Shown one piece after another: positions 8,563 to 17,230 of a DNA stretch of 64,000 nt; position 1 is the first letter of the stretch; every line of letters starts with the position of its first letter. A program made the position numbers and the translations under genes. The DNA is from an uncultured virus (IMG/VR IMGVR_UViG_3300023283_000176) (lineage: Duplodnaviria > Heunggongvirae > Uroviricota > Caudoviricetes). The notes under the pieces were generated by a model. The model had not been told where the DNA came from and searched no databases. It worked only from the letters and a program-made list of their open reading frames with translations. Location: IMG/VR virus record IMGVR_UViG_3300023283_000176; one strand, written 5' to 3'.

Positions 8563-9074
8563 AATACCTCTACACCCTAATATTTTTATTGCTGAGTACC
8601 CCGGTTTTTTCTCAGACACAAATTGTGTTCGATCCGCAAGTAAAAAATTTGATAGATGAAATTATAACAAATGTGCACGAAGAAAGATCTCTTTGTTTGG
8701 AATACACAAAAATTAAAGATCTTCTTTTAATTACTGATTATAAATATCCGATCACAATTTACACATCTCGTCATTCTGTGGTAAGTGCACCTTGCCCACC
8801 GGGTTTTATTGATTACCATACGCATCCACCTATGGCGATGTTTGGCCCAAGCTTGCGTGAGTATTATCAAGAAAACACTGGCCAGTTTTTAAAAGAGAAA
8901 CAACAGATGGTCTATTTATCGAAAAATGACATCATGTATGGTGAAGCACACAATATGGAATATATGATGGTACAATCTACCCCGAATCATTATGCTTGGT
9001 GGAGTGCGGAGCAGGTCTATGAACACAAAGATGCTATGATTTTACTTCCAATTGAAAACCAGAAAAGTTGGTAA
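8559..9074 (+). CDS. Secreted protein with a JAB/MPN-like motif
   Basis: Signal peptide MKYLYTLIFLLLSTPVFSQ; E...YHTHP...LSKND. Confidence 0.5.
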   Translation: MKYLYTLIFLLLSTPVFSQTQIVFDPQVKNLIDEIITNVHEERSLCLEYTKIKDLLLITDYKYPITIYTSRHSVVSAPCPPGFIDYHTHPPMAMFGPSLREYYQENTGQFLKEKQQMVYLSKNDIMYGEAHNMEYMMVQSTPNHYAWWSAEQVYEHKDAMILLPIENQKSW

Positions 9075-9251
9075 ATGACAGATAAAGAAGTTGTGCAAAG
9101 TTTACGTGAAATAGCAGACCAAATTGAGGATGGTGCGCCAGTAGAAACCGCTTATTCGAAAGTTTACGGACATAAATACACTGTGCAGGCCACAGTCATT
9201 CAACAAGGCGTAAAAGAATCAAAACAACTAAGAAACATAATAAGCCAGTGA
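9075..9251 (+). CDS. 58-aa hypothetical protein
   Basis: Hand translation MTDKEVVQSLREIADQIEDG...; start abuts the previous stop codon. Confidence 0.55.
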   Translation: MTDKEVVQSLREIADQIEDGAPVETAYSKVYGHKYTVQATVIQQGVKESKQLRNIISQ

Positions 9252-9310
9252 TCATGGGATAGCCACGCTTTTGTACGGCGTGTACGGCGGTTCGATTCCG
9301 CCCACTGGCT
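9244..9310 (+). tRNA. tRNA-Thr(TGT) with a reduced D-arm
   Basis: Acceptor GCCAGTG/CACTGGC; anticodon stem ACGCT/GGCGT with loop TTTGTAC; T arm GGCGG-TTCGATT-CCGCC. Confidence 0.75.
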
Positions 9311-9331
9311 CAAACCTCTAAACCCGACATT

Positions 9332-9931
9332 ATGAATAAATATACACTACTTCTAATCGCCATCTCTATTGGAGCAACCGTGCTTGTGATGGAATGGATT
9401 AAAACACCTGAAATAATTGAAACGGTTAAAACTGAGGTGGTACAAGATACCACTGTGGTGGACTCTCTCAAGGAAGAAGTGCAATGCTGGAAAGAAATTG
9501 CAGAGCAAGACCGTGATACCGTGGTTGTTAACCTACCCACACCCATACCCACAGACAGCGCCGGTTTCAATAAATACGACATACCCTACTCGGATTCTAC
9601 TTTGAGTGCGAGAATCGGCCTGACTGTGGACGGTACATTAAAAGAAACTGTTTTTGAATACACCATAAAACGGGAATTGGTTACACAGATCAACAACACA
9701 ATCACCCGCACCCGATATGTGGAGACAGAAAGAACTATCACAAGAACAATACAACCAACAGGTTACTTCTCAGTAGAAGTAACAGCAAGTACTGATTTAC
9801 TTGCCCCCGGGCTTTCTTACACCACTAAGAACCAAAACCGTTTTGTTTTAGGATATGATATTGTAAATGAAGCTCCGGTGGGGACAATTTCTATACCAAT
9901 TAAAAATTTGAATCCTTTTAAATTATTCTGA
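9332..9931 (+). CDS. Membrane-anchored protein, possibly spanin-like
   Basis: N-terminal TM helix, T/V-rich linker, beta-rich C-terminus; next to a holin-like gene. Confidence 0.45.
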   Translation: MNKYTLLLIAISIGATVLVMEWIKTPEIIETVKTEVVQDTTVVDSLKEEVQCWKEIAEQDRDTVVVNLPTPIPTDSAGFNKYDIPYSDSTLSARIGLTVDGTLKETVFEYTIKRELVTQINNTITRTRYVETERTITRTIQPTGYFSVEVTASTDLLAPGLSYTTKNQNRFVLGYDIVNEAPVGTISIPIKNLNPFKLF

Positions 9932-10050
9932 GATGGGTAAAGACGACCGAAACAGAACAAAGAACTTTAAAATGTATTGGGCGAATTATGACAAGATTTT
10001 TACCCAAGACACCCCTGATGACGTAGAACCCCCAAAGACAACAGACACAG

Positions 10051-10299
10051 ATGAAGATTAAAGACTGCTTATATACCCAAGACCCGGAAAAAGGAGGAAC
10101 ACATAAATTAAGCCAATCACGCCTATACTTAATGCTGTCAGTATTGTTAATGTTTGTTACCATAATTGTAACTTTAATCACTGATGTCAAATTAGAACGG
10201 GTGGATCTTGTGACGAATGTATTGTTGTTTATGATTGGCATATTCTCAGGATACAGCCTGACGGGTAAAGGATTGACCATGAAAAGGGACAAACAATGA
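10051..10299 (+). CDS. Holin-like two-TM protein
   Basis: Two TM helices and a basic C-terminus. Confidence 0.5.
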   Translation: MKIKDCLYTQDPEKGGTHKLSQSRLYLMLSVLLMFVTIIVTLITDVKLERVDLVTNVLLFMIGIFSGYSLTGKGLTMKRDKQ

Positions 10300-11672
10300 G
10301 TTTATACAAAACCATCCTTAGTATAGGCATAAAAATAGGTGACGGGACCCCTCCCGTCGCCATAACCTCTAAACGCCAATACAATATGCTTAAAGATATG
10401 CACCCTTACGGGTTTTTGTCTTAAACGATATGCATGGGTGTTTAATTACTACCAAGATAAATATTTTTTTTATAAAGTCAATGCCGGTTTTAATATTTTT
10501 TTTTAATTGTAAGGAATTGGGCAGGCCCCAAGCAAACCCACCCCTTATCCAACGTTTAGGTTTAGAGGCTATGGCATCTCCTAAATGCCGGGGCAATGAT
10601 AAAAATTCTTTAAACCAATATCTACCCATTTTCCTAAATGTTATAAAAACCAAATTAATGACACTTTCTGCAAATAGTGCCAATAATTAGTCAGCTGTCA
10701 AGTATTACTGGACGACTGCTTTTTAATTCCAACTGATTATATGGTCAGTACTAATCAAATGTCTGTTGCGAGCTACTTCGCAATAGGTTCAACTTTTTTT
10801 GCAACCCACTTCGCAATTGGATTTTCTAAAGTTTATTTAATATGAGAGACTTTAGTAGTAGTAAATGGGTATAATATCGCCTCATGTTAGCAGAATCATG
10901 CTTATTTGCTGTTCTATCCCAATTTTGATACATTACCCTGTTTTTGCTTATTTGAAGCCCTCAGATCTAAAATTTGTGTTTGTTTGTAATTTACGGCAAA
11001 AATGGTCAAAACTTGCCAAAATATGGTGTATGTACTGTTTATATAGTACATTTGACATTGAGGCCTCTTTTAATGCACTGATTTGTTTTTGTTCTTACCT
11101 AATTTTTTTAAGTGGGTGTTTATAGAACAAGGGGAAATAATCTATTCTAAGAAAGTTTGTGAGGTCTTTTACTTAACTTTTTTAAGTGTTTGGATGTTTG
11201 AGCAAAATTTTTGATACGCATTAAAAACGGAACTATCACGCTTGGGGCGGGAGCGGTCGACCCCCGACGTACCCCCACCCTGCGATTTGTTTTTCTCCTT
11301 TCAACTATTTTTTTAGTTTTTTCTCCATTTTGACACTCAATTGTTTCTATATCCTGTATTTTCAACGTTTAATTTATACGTTTCTGTTTTTTATATGTTT
11401 ACCGTTCTTACGATTGTCTTAATATTAATTGTTATGTATTGGATAAGTGATTGATTTCTTATATATATGGTTATATGTTCAGTGAGATCAAGAGATTAGA
11501 AGATTTCATTTTATTGAGCTTATCTGTAAGCCATTGTTTTTATTCTAATAAGTGTGCTCTCAACTAACTTTATAATATGTGACATTTTTTTGTTTTAATT
11601 CTTGGTTTTTTGTCTTATAAGTTCTTGATAATTAACCACTTACAAATTTTCTTTATTTTCCCAAATTCCCTC

Positions 11673-11720
11673 TTGCGTTAGACTTCACTTATGTATATCA
11701 TTATCACAGTTATTTGACAT
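11673..11720 (+). promoter_or_regulatory. Sigma70-type early promoter plus boxA-like element
   Basis: TTGCGT-17 nt-TATCAT (11673-11701), then GTTATTTGACAT (11709-11720). Confidence 0.65.
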
Positions 11721-12310
11721 TCTGAAACGGCACACGTTCCCGCAAGGGAATTATGTAAAGACTGCCATATCTTTACAAAGCTGTTTTAGGTTCTTTCACT
11801 TATTGACGTGTTACAAGCAATGAATGGGCTGTGCACTATTGTATCGGTGTAGATACTCTAAAGTGGATAGTGTCTTAAAGTGACAGTTTAAGACTGAAAA
11901 GATTGTTTACCCGCAAAATGTGGCGGGTTTGGCCATAGAAAGGTAGGATTGCACTATTGCCTACGGTCTATGTGACATTCTATGAAGTGTCCGTGCAACG
12001 GTATCGGACACATAAAATACACTTCTGAATATTGGTTTGCTATTCGCATATCTGAATATAGGGCTGTCGTATTAAAAAGCGCTATTGATAGGAGAAACCT
12101 ATTATATAGGTAGTATCTTAAAAATTGTAGCGGTGGACAAGTGATTAGTAAGGTATCGGATAAGTACTAATACTTTAGTGACAAGTTAAGTAAGATATAC
12201 ACCAGCTTCTGAATAGAAGTAAAAAACTTACTTATATGAACTTGGGTAGTTTGTGGTAACGCAAATGATGCCTGTTTAACGCTTTTGTAAGTTAAATTTT
12301 AAAGCGTTCA
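11705..12310 (+). ncRNA. Candidate large structured non-coding RNA (~600 nt)
   Basis: No credible ORF; more than 12 helices, nested junctions, G-U pairs and GNRA loops between a promoter and a terminal hairpin. Confidence 0.6.
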
Positions 12311-12390
12311 TTTTATATAGTGTGACAGCTATATATTTTCTCTTGTCAAAATGGCAAGTCAAATCAACATAAATAAAACCATACAATACA

Positions 12391-13011
12391 ATGAAAAAAT
12401 CAAAACAGAACAAACGAGACATAGAAAAACGAAACGATGAACTCAAAAGATTGAAAGACTTACAAATAGAAGCACTTAAAGAAGCGCAAAATGTAGATAG
12501 ATCATTATCTAATGTAATGAGAAATTTAATCCGATTGCATGAAAACGATAACAATGCATTTAAATTAGAAGCAACACAACGCACAATTATTGAAAATAAT
12601 CTAATTAGTGCATTGATTCCCTTTATGAAAGGGAAAACGCTTCGTAAATGGAACAGAGAAGAATTAAATTACAACTATTTCCGCATTAATGGTAAAACAG
12701 TGCGGAGAATTCAAACTGAACAGAACAAAAAAGAGAACAAGAATCTTGTAAAAGAAAAAATGCAAGCCATTAGAGACAAATTTGTCTCTGATTTTGGTAA
12801 AGCAACGGGCATCAAAGTTGATGCAAATAAAGTTGATGTTCAACATACTATAGAAACAATTAAACATGAACGAAAATTTAGCATGAGAGAAGTATTGACG
12901 CTTCTTATAAGAGCACAAGCTGAATTTAAAGCACACGGTAATATTAAAAGTACAAGAGCAAACATTGAAGCGGTATTAGTGCCCTTAAAAGCGCAGAAAA
13001 AAAGCGCATAA
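12391..13011 (+). CDS. First early gene; basic hypothetical protein
   Basis: 206-aa K/R-rich ORF. Confidence 0.75.
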   Translation: MKKSKQNKRDIEKRNDELKRLKDLQIEALKEAQNVDRSLSNVMRNLIRLHENDNNAFKLEATQRTIIENNLISALIPFMKGKTLRKWNREELNYNYFRINGKTVRRIQTEQNKKENKNLVKEKMQAIRDKFVSDFGKATGIKVDANKVDVQHTIETIKHERKFSMREVLTLLIRAQAEFKAHGNIKSTRANIEAVLVPLKAQKKSA

Positions 13012-13182
13012 TATTTATTGTCTGCAATGTGACAGCTATAGGCTTTACGCTGATTATATAACTTTGAACGGTTATATAGTCTTATCTAATCTAATTCCTG
13101 GCTAACGGGCAGGAACCAACACGTAGTAGAACTATGTCCGTAACAAAACTACGGTTAACTTCTAAACTCCAACTCCAATACC

Positions 13183-13377
13183 ATGTTAAACTCATATATT
13201 AGTACCCAAACTACATTTAATGATAACAGTTATAAATCTACCATTGTACAGTTACGTATATGGAAGAAAGACGGCACGCAAGAAGTGTTTCACTTTGCAA
13301 ATCGTAGCCAAGCTAACCAGCAGGCCACATTCTACCGAGAAAGACCAGACGTTAAAAATGTAATGGTGGCATCATAA
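13183..13377 (+). CDS. Hypothetical early protein
   Basis: Preceded by a motif variant. Confidence 0.6.
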   Translation: MLNSYISTQTTFNDNSYKSTIVQLRIWKKDGTQEVFHFANRSQANQQATFYRERPDVKNVMVAS

Positions 13378-13484
13378 TTGCGAAGTTCGCAATATAAACA
13401 ATTTGTTTGAGTAAATTATATTTATTATACTCATGCCAAGCTATAGGTTTATACCTATAGTTATAACCTCTAAATCCCAATATT

Positions 13485-13595
13485 ATGAAAATCTTAATTA
13501 TAGTTTTGATTATAGCTTTATTCGTACCACAACTAATTGATTTGTGGTTGACTATAAACATATTAGGCTGGGGATACTGTGAATATAACGGTATA
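13485..13595 (+). CDS. 36-aa hydrophobic micro-protein
   Basis: MKILIIVLIIALFVPQLIDLWLTINILGWDTVNITV after AACCTCTAAATCCC. Confidence 0.55.
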
Positions 13596-13643
13596 ACCTG
13601 GCAATCGTTTCATAAATCCGAACTTTATAACCTCTAAATCCCA

Positions 13644-13718
13644 ATGGAATATCTTATAATAATCCCAATAGTAGTATGGGCATTCGGTACTATCATCGAC
13701 GTAACTATACTACAGTAA
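13644..13718 (+). CDS. 24-aa hydrophobic micro-protein
   Basis: MEYLIIIPIVVWAFGTIIDVTILQ after AACCTCTAAATCCC. Confidence 0.5.
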   Translation: MEYLIIIPIVVWAFGTIIDVTILQ

Positions 13719-13734
13719 CCTTTAAACCCTAATT

Positions 13735-13881
13735 ATGATATCACTAATAGCCTTAGAATGGGTACAGGCATCTAACAAGGTGTCGCATCTCATTCACTTA
13801 GTACAAACAGAACTAAAACGACAAATGTGCACTGATGAAATTCAAGTAGTGGAATCAGTGTATAAAAATTTTAAACCCTAA
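13735..13881 (+). CDS. 48-aa micro-protein
   Basis: Follows AACCTTTAAACCC. Confidence 0.5.
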   Translation: MISLIALEWVQASNKVSHLIHLVQTELKRQMCTDEIQVVESVYKNFKP

Positions 13882-13885
13882 CACA

Positions 13886-14002
13886 ATGTCACAAACAGAA
13901 TACGACGAACTACAAACAGAATACGACGAACTACAAACAGAATACGACGAAATACTAACAGACTTAAACGGTCTTCAAATTTTAGAGGAATATTATGCCT
14001 AA
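13886..14002 (+). CDS. 38-aa acidic micro-protein with (QTEYDEL) repeats
   Basis: MSQTEYDELQTEYDELQTEYDEILTDLNGLQILEEYYA. Confidence 0.5.
   Translation: MSQTEYDELQTEYDELQTEYDEILTDLNGLQILEEYYA
13891..13951 (+). repeat. 21-bp tandem repeat, about 3 copies
   Basis: ACAAACAGAATACGACGAACT x2.9. Confidence 0.95.
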
Positions 14003-14384
14003 AGTAGAATTATCCCAAAACACAATATACAGACTAAAGCAACTTCTGGGTGAAATACGTGTACTTGACAAAAAGATTATGGACGGTATCCCAAATAAAA
14101 TACGTACTAAAGATGACGTATTCAACGAATACTACCCTAATGGAGTGCAAGGACTGAAAAAATACGACACAGCTGTACCCATAACACTCATGGACGATAT
14201 CGTAGATAAGGTAGGCAAACACGCCAACCAACATAGATTGAGATATGTTTACGGTTATGGTATTAACGAACAAAATCATCGAATCGAAGGGCTTATCCCT
14301 ATCACGGAACAAGCAGAACTAATCCTGCAAACCTACAACCATATTGTAGGTGTTTCAGTACAATTTCCAACATTAAATCTATAA
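13995..14384 (+). CDS. Hypothetical early protein
   Basis: 129-aa ORF. Confidence 0.7.
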   Translation: MPKVELSQNTIYRLKQLLGEIRVLDKKIMDGIPNKIRTKDDVFNEYYPNGVQGLKKYDTAVPITLMDDIVDKVGKHANQHRLRYVYGYGINEQNHRIEGLIPITEQAELILQTYNHIVGVSVQFPTLNL

Positions 14385-14388
14385 AACT

Positions 14389-14553
14389 ATGAATACAATA
14401 GACTTCATTGCAGTGGTATGTTTATTCATCATCACTGCATTTTTTGCGAGGTTCGCAATTCCGCCAAGCCTTGCAAATATATACATCGCTGGCGGTATCA
14501 TAATAATATCCTATCACACACTAAAAAAGGTAACAAAATGGCTTACACAATAG
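14389..14553 (+). CDS. 54-aa two-TM micro-protein
   Basis: Hand translation MNTIDFIAVVCLFIITAFFARFAIPP... Confidence 0.5.
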   Translation: MNTIDFIAVVCLFIITAFFARFAIPPSLANIYIAGGIIIISYHTLKKVTKWLTQ

Positions 14554-15074
14554 ACGATATGCGTATTTACGTAGCCTCACTACATGATTATGTATCGGGG
14601 CGATTGGTTGGCAAGTGGTTTGATCTTACTGACTATGTTGACAAACCCGAGTTAATGGATGCTATCCAAGAATACCTGCAAGAAGTAACCCATGCATTCG
14701 ATGATGGAATCGTACGAGAAGAATGGGGGTATTATGACTATGAGGGTTTTCCTCGTATATTTTATTCAGAGTACCACATTCCGTTTGATCTGTTTTACAG
14801 GTTAGACAGAGAAGGTACGCACGATATGGATATATACCTTATCTATGCAGAATATTTTGGTATAGAAGATGCAGATGATATCATCAAAGAAGTAAATGAC
14901 AACTACTACGGTGAGTATGACTCTATGTTAGAGTTTGCCGAAGAATGGTTTGAGCAAACAGAAGCACACATGGTGCCTCAACATCTGCGGTTTTATTTTG
15001 ACATGGAACAGTACGCACGAGAACTCATGTTCGACTTCGATTTTATAGACGGACACGTATTTTTAAAACATTAA
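14538..15074 (+). CDS. ardA: ArdA antirestriction protein (DNA mimic)
   Basis: RIYVASLHDYVSGRLVGKWFDL, EEWGYYDYEGF, YFDMEQYAREL...GHVF; highly acidic. Confidence 0.9.
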   Translation: MAYTIDDMRIYVASLHDYVSGRLVGKWFDLTDYVDKPELMDAIQEYLQEVTHAFDDGIVREEWGYYDYEGFPRIFYSEYHIPFDLFYRLDREGTHDMDIYLIYAEYFGIEDADDIIKEVNDNYYGEYDSMLEFAEEWFEQTEAHMVPQHLRFYFDMEQYARELMFDFDFIDGHVFLKH

Positions 15075-15090
15075 CCAAAACCCTATTACA

Positions 15091-15906
15091 ATGAACACAC
15101 AAACAATACCTACATACCTGCCATTATTCAGTGGCTTTTATAATACGATCTGGTCGACAGATAATGAAGCCGAATATCTTAGTGAAAAATGGGGTTACCC
15201 GAGAGACTATGTAATTGAAGCATTGATTCAGTGCTTTGATTACGAAGAATACCAAACAGACATCGTACAATTTATCTGCGACCATGTTTCAGATATATTA
15301 AAAGAAGAAGGGTGGATTACATCTATGCAGTTTGAAAATATAAGTAGTCCACGGGAGTATAACTTCAAAAACGACAGTGGTAATGTCCAAGTGGAATTAT
15401 CTCCCACCAACTCAGACAACATACTAACTTCTGTTCGTGCACATTGGGATCAGTTTAGTAAGCACATTAGTAACCATTACATAAGTGGTCCGGGGTTTAT
15501 TTCGCTCCACTCAAACGATGCACATGATTGGGTGAACGACACTATGGATTTTACTCGGTTCGATGACGAACATAAGCTGGGTGCTGTGTTAGAATTTTTG
15601 CTCTACTACGTAGCAGGGGTCAGCGAAGAAACGATCTACAATTGTATGGTAGACAACACGTCCCTGTCCCATTATTACGATGATAAGAAAGTCAAATCCA
15701 TAACCCTGATAGAATTGGGTGAACCACACGGCTTTGAGTGTACTGGATACCACTGCACACATTGTAGCCGTGAGTTGAATGGTGTTAATCCATTTGATTC
15801 TGCTACTATCGAGAAAGCGTTTCAATTCTTTGAACGGTTTGGTAAGCGTACTGATGTGGTATGTTACAGATGTGCCGGAGAAATCTACGGTAAACCAGTC
15901 AACTAA
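15091..15906 (+). CDS. Acidic hypothetical early protein with C-terminal Cys motifs
   Basis: LPLFSGFYNT, SPREYNF, CxxC pairs. Confidence 0.7.
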   Translation: MNTQTIPTYLPLFSGFYNTIWSTDNEAEYLSEKWGYPRDYVIEALIQCFDYEEYQTDIVQFICDHVSDILKEEGWITSMQFENISSPREYNFKNDSGNVQVELSPTNSDNILTSVRAHWDQFSKHISNHYISGPGFISLHSNDAHDWVNDTMDFTRFDDEHKLGAVLEFLLYYVAGVSEETIYNCMVDNTSLSHYYDDKKVKSITLIELGEPHGFECTGYHCTHCSRELNGVNPFDSATIEKAFQFFERFGKRTDVVCYRCAGEIYGKPVN

Positions 15907-16115
15907 TTCTTTGAACAACTCAAGAAACATGATATTGAGTTAGACGAATTTGACAGAATTGTTGACAAATTAATTAAAAACATGGAGTTTCCAAATGTCA
16001 GTTAAGAAAAATCAAATCAAGGCTTTGCGTATGATGGTCGAACGCCCTATGCCGACTGATTCATATACGTCAGAGCAAGCAAAAAAGAATTAGATAACCT
16101 CTAAACCCTAAAACA

Positions 16116-16442
16116 ATGCGAATATTAATCATGTTAATCATACTAATTGGTTGTAGTACACAACCTAATCAGGTCTCAAATGTACAACTAACAAATAATG
16201 GGCATGAACTCATACTTACATGGGACAATGCTACTGTAGTTGAAATAGAAGAAAAACGTGGCTCACAAGATACGTGGGTTACAATTGGTACTATCAGAGG
16301 CACAGAATTTAAACGAGTGGTAAGTACATTTGAGATACAAGGACAACCGGCCGGTGAATGCGATACGTTCGCTTTCCGTGTTAACGGTGTCCAATCTAAT
16401 ACAGTACAAATTTGTAATCAACCTACAATCTCTAAACAATAA
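16116..16442 (+). CDS. Putative lipoprotein
   Basis: MRILIMLIILIG-C lipobox-like signal; beta-rich body. Confidence 0.65.
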   Translation: MRILIMLIILIGCSTQPNQVSNVQLTNNGHELILTWDNATVVEIEEKRGSQDTWVTIGTIRGTEFKRVVSTFEIQGQPAGECDTFAFRVNGVQSNTVQICNQPTISKQ

Positions 16443-16446
16443 TACT

Positions 16447-17226
16447 ATGCAACTACATAAAATCAAATCACAAATTAAGAAACTAAATTATTATGATCAT
16501 TTCCCGGTCAACATAGGTGGGTATGAAATTGAGATATACCATGACGATTGGTGTGAAGATCCGCGTGCATGGGGTAGCGTATTTACAATGGTGTGTGCTC
16601 ATGGAAAATATGATCTGGGTGACGAACGACACGACCCCAAAGGTGTCGACAATTGGGATGAAAATATGTTGGCTTATTTTGCTGGCTATAACTTTGCTGA
16701 TGTCACATTAGAATGTCATTGGATAAGTGATGAACCCAAAGAAAAACTTGATCAAATCTATCGGTGGATTGACAACAACGTACTCTGGCTACCACTTTAC
16801 TTATATGATCATAGTGGGATAACTATGCAAAGCAAGGCATTCAATAGTATGTGGGATTCAGGACAAGTTGGATTCATCTACATTACTCGTGAACAAGCGC
16901 GTAAAGAATGGAATTGGGATCGTATTTCTTCTAAGCGTGAAGAACAGTTATACACGTGGATGAAAGGTGAGGTGGAGATCTATGACCACTACCTACGTGG
17001 TGAAGTTTACGGTTACAATATCGAATACGGTGATGAACTCGTTGATTCTTGTTCAGGATATTATGGTGATCAACATGATGACGATGGGTATATGTTAGAT
17101 GTAATTGGTAATATGATCCAATACCACCAAACTAAGAAACGTAAATATAAACACAAAAAACTAAAAGCCCTTATTAAAGAGGGGGTGCCCTTTCACAAAC
17201 GACAACAAATAATCTCTAAACAATAA
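16447..17226 (+). CDS. Acidic phage early protein
   Basis: LPLYLYDHSGIT...WDSGQVGFIY...YLRGEVYGY; start reassigned to 16447. Confidence 0.75.
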   Translation: MQLHKIKSQIKKLNYYDHFPVNIGGYEIEIYHDDWCEDPRAWGSVFTMVCAHGKYDLGDERHDPKGVDNWDENMLAYFAGYNFADVTLECHWISDEPKEKLDQIYRWIDNNVLWLPLYLYDHSGITMQSKAFNSMWDSGQVGFIYITREQARKEWNWDRISSKREEQLYTWMKGEVEIYDHYLRGEVYGYNIEYGDELVDSCSGYYGDQHDDDGYMLDVIGNMIQYHQTKKRKYKHKKLKALIKEGVPFHKRQQIISKQ

Positions 17227-17230
17227 TGTT

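Noticed and set aside
10390..11365. ORFs of 72-97 aa in the non-coding region
   Set aside because: Composition is unlike the real genes, they overlap each other, and they lack the upstream motif at their starts
13891..13951. CRISPR mini-array
   Set aside because: Contiguous 21-bp repeats with no spacers, in frame within a micro-ORF
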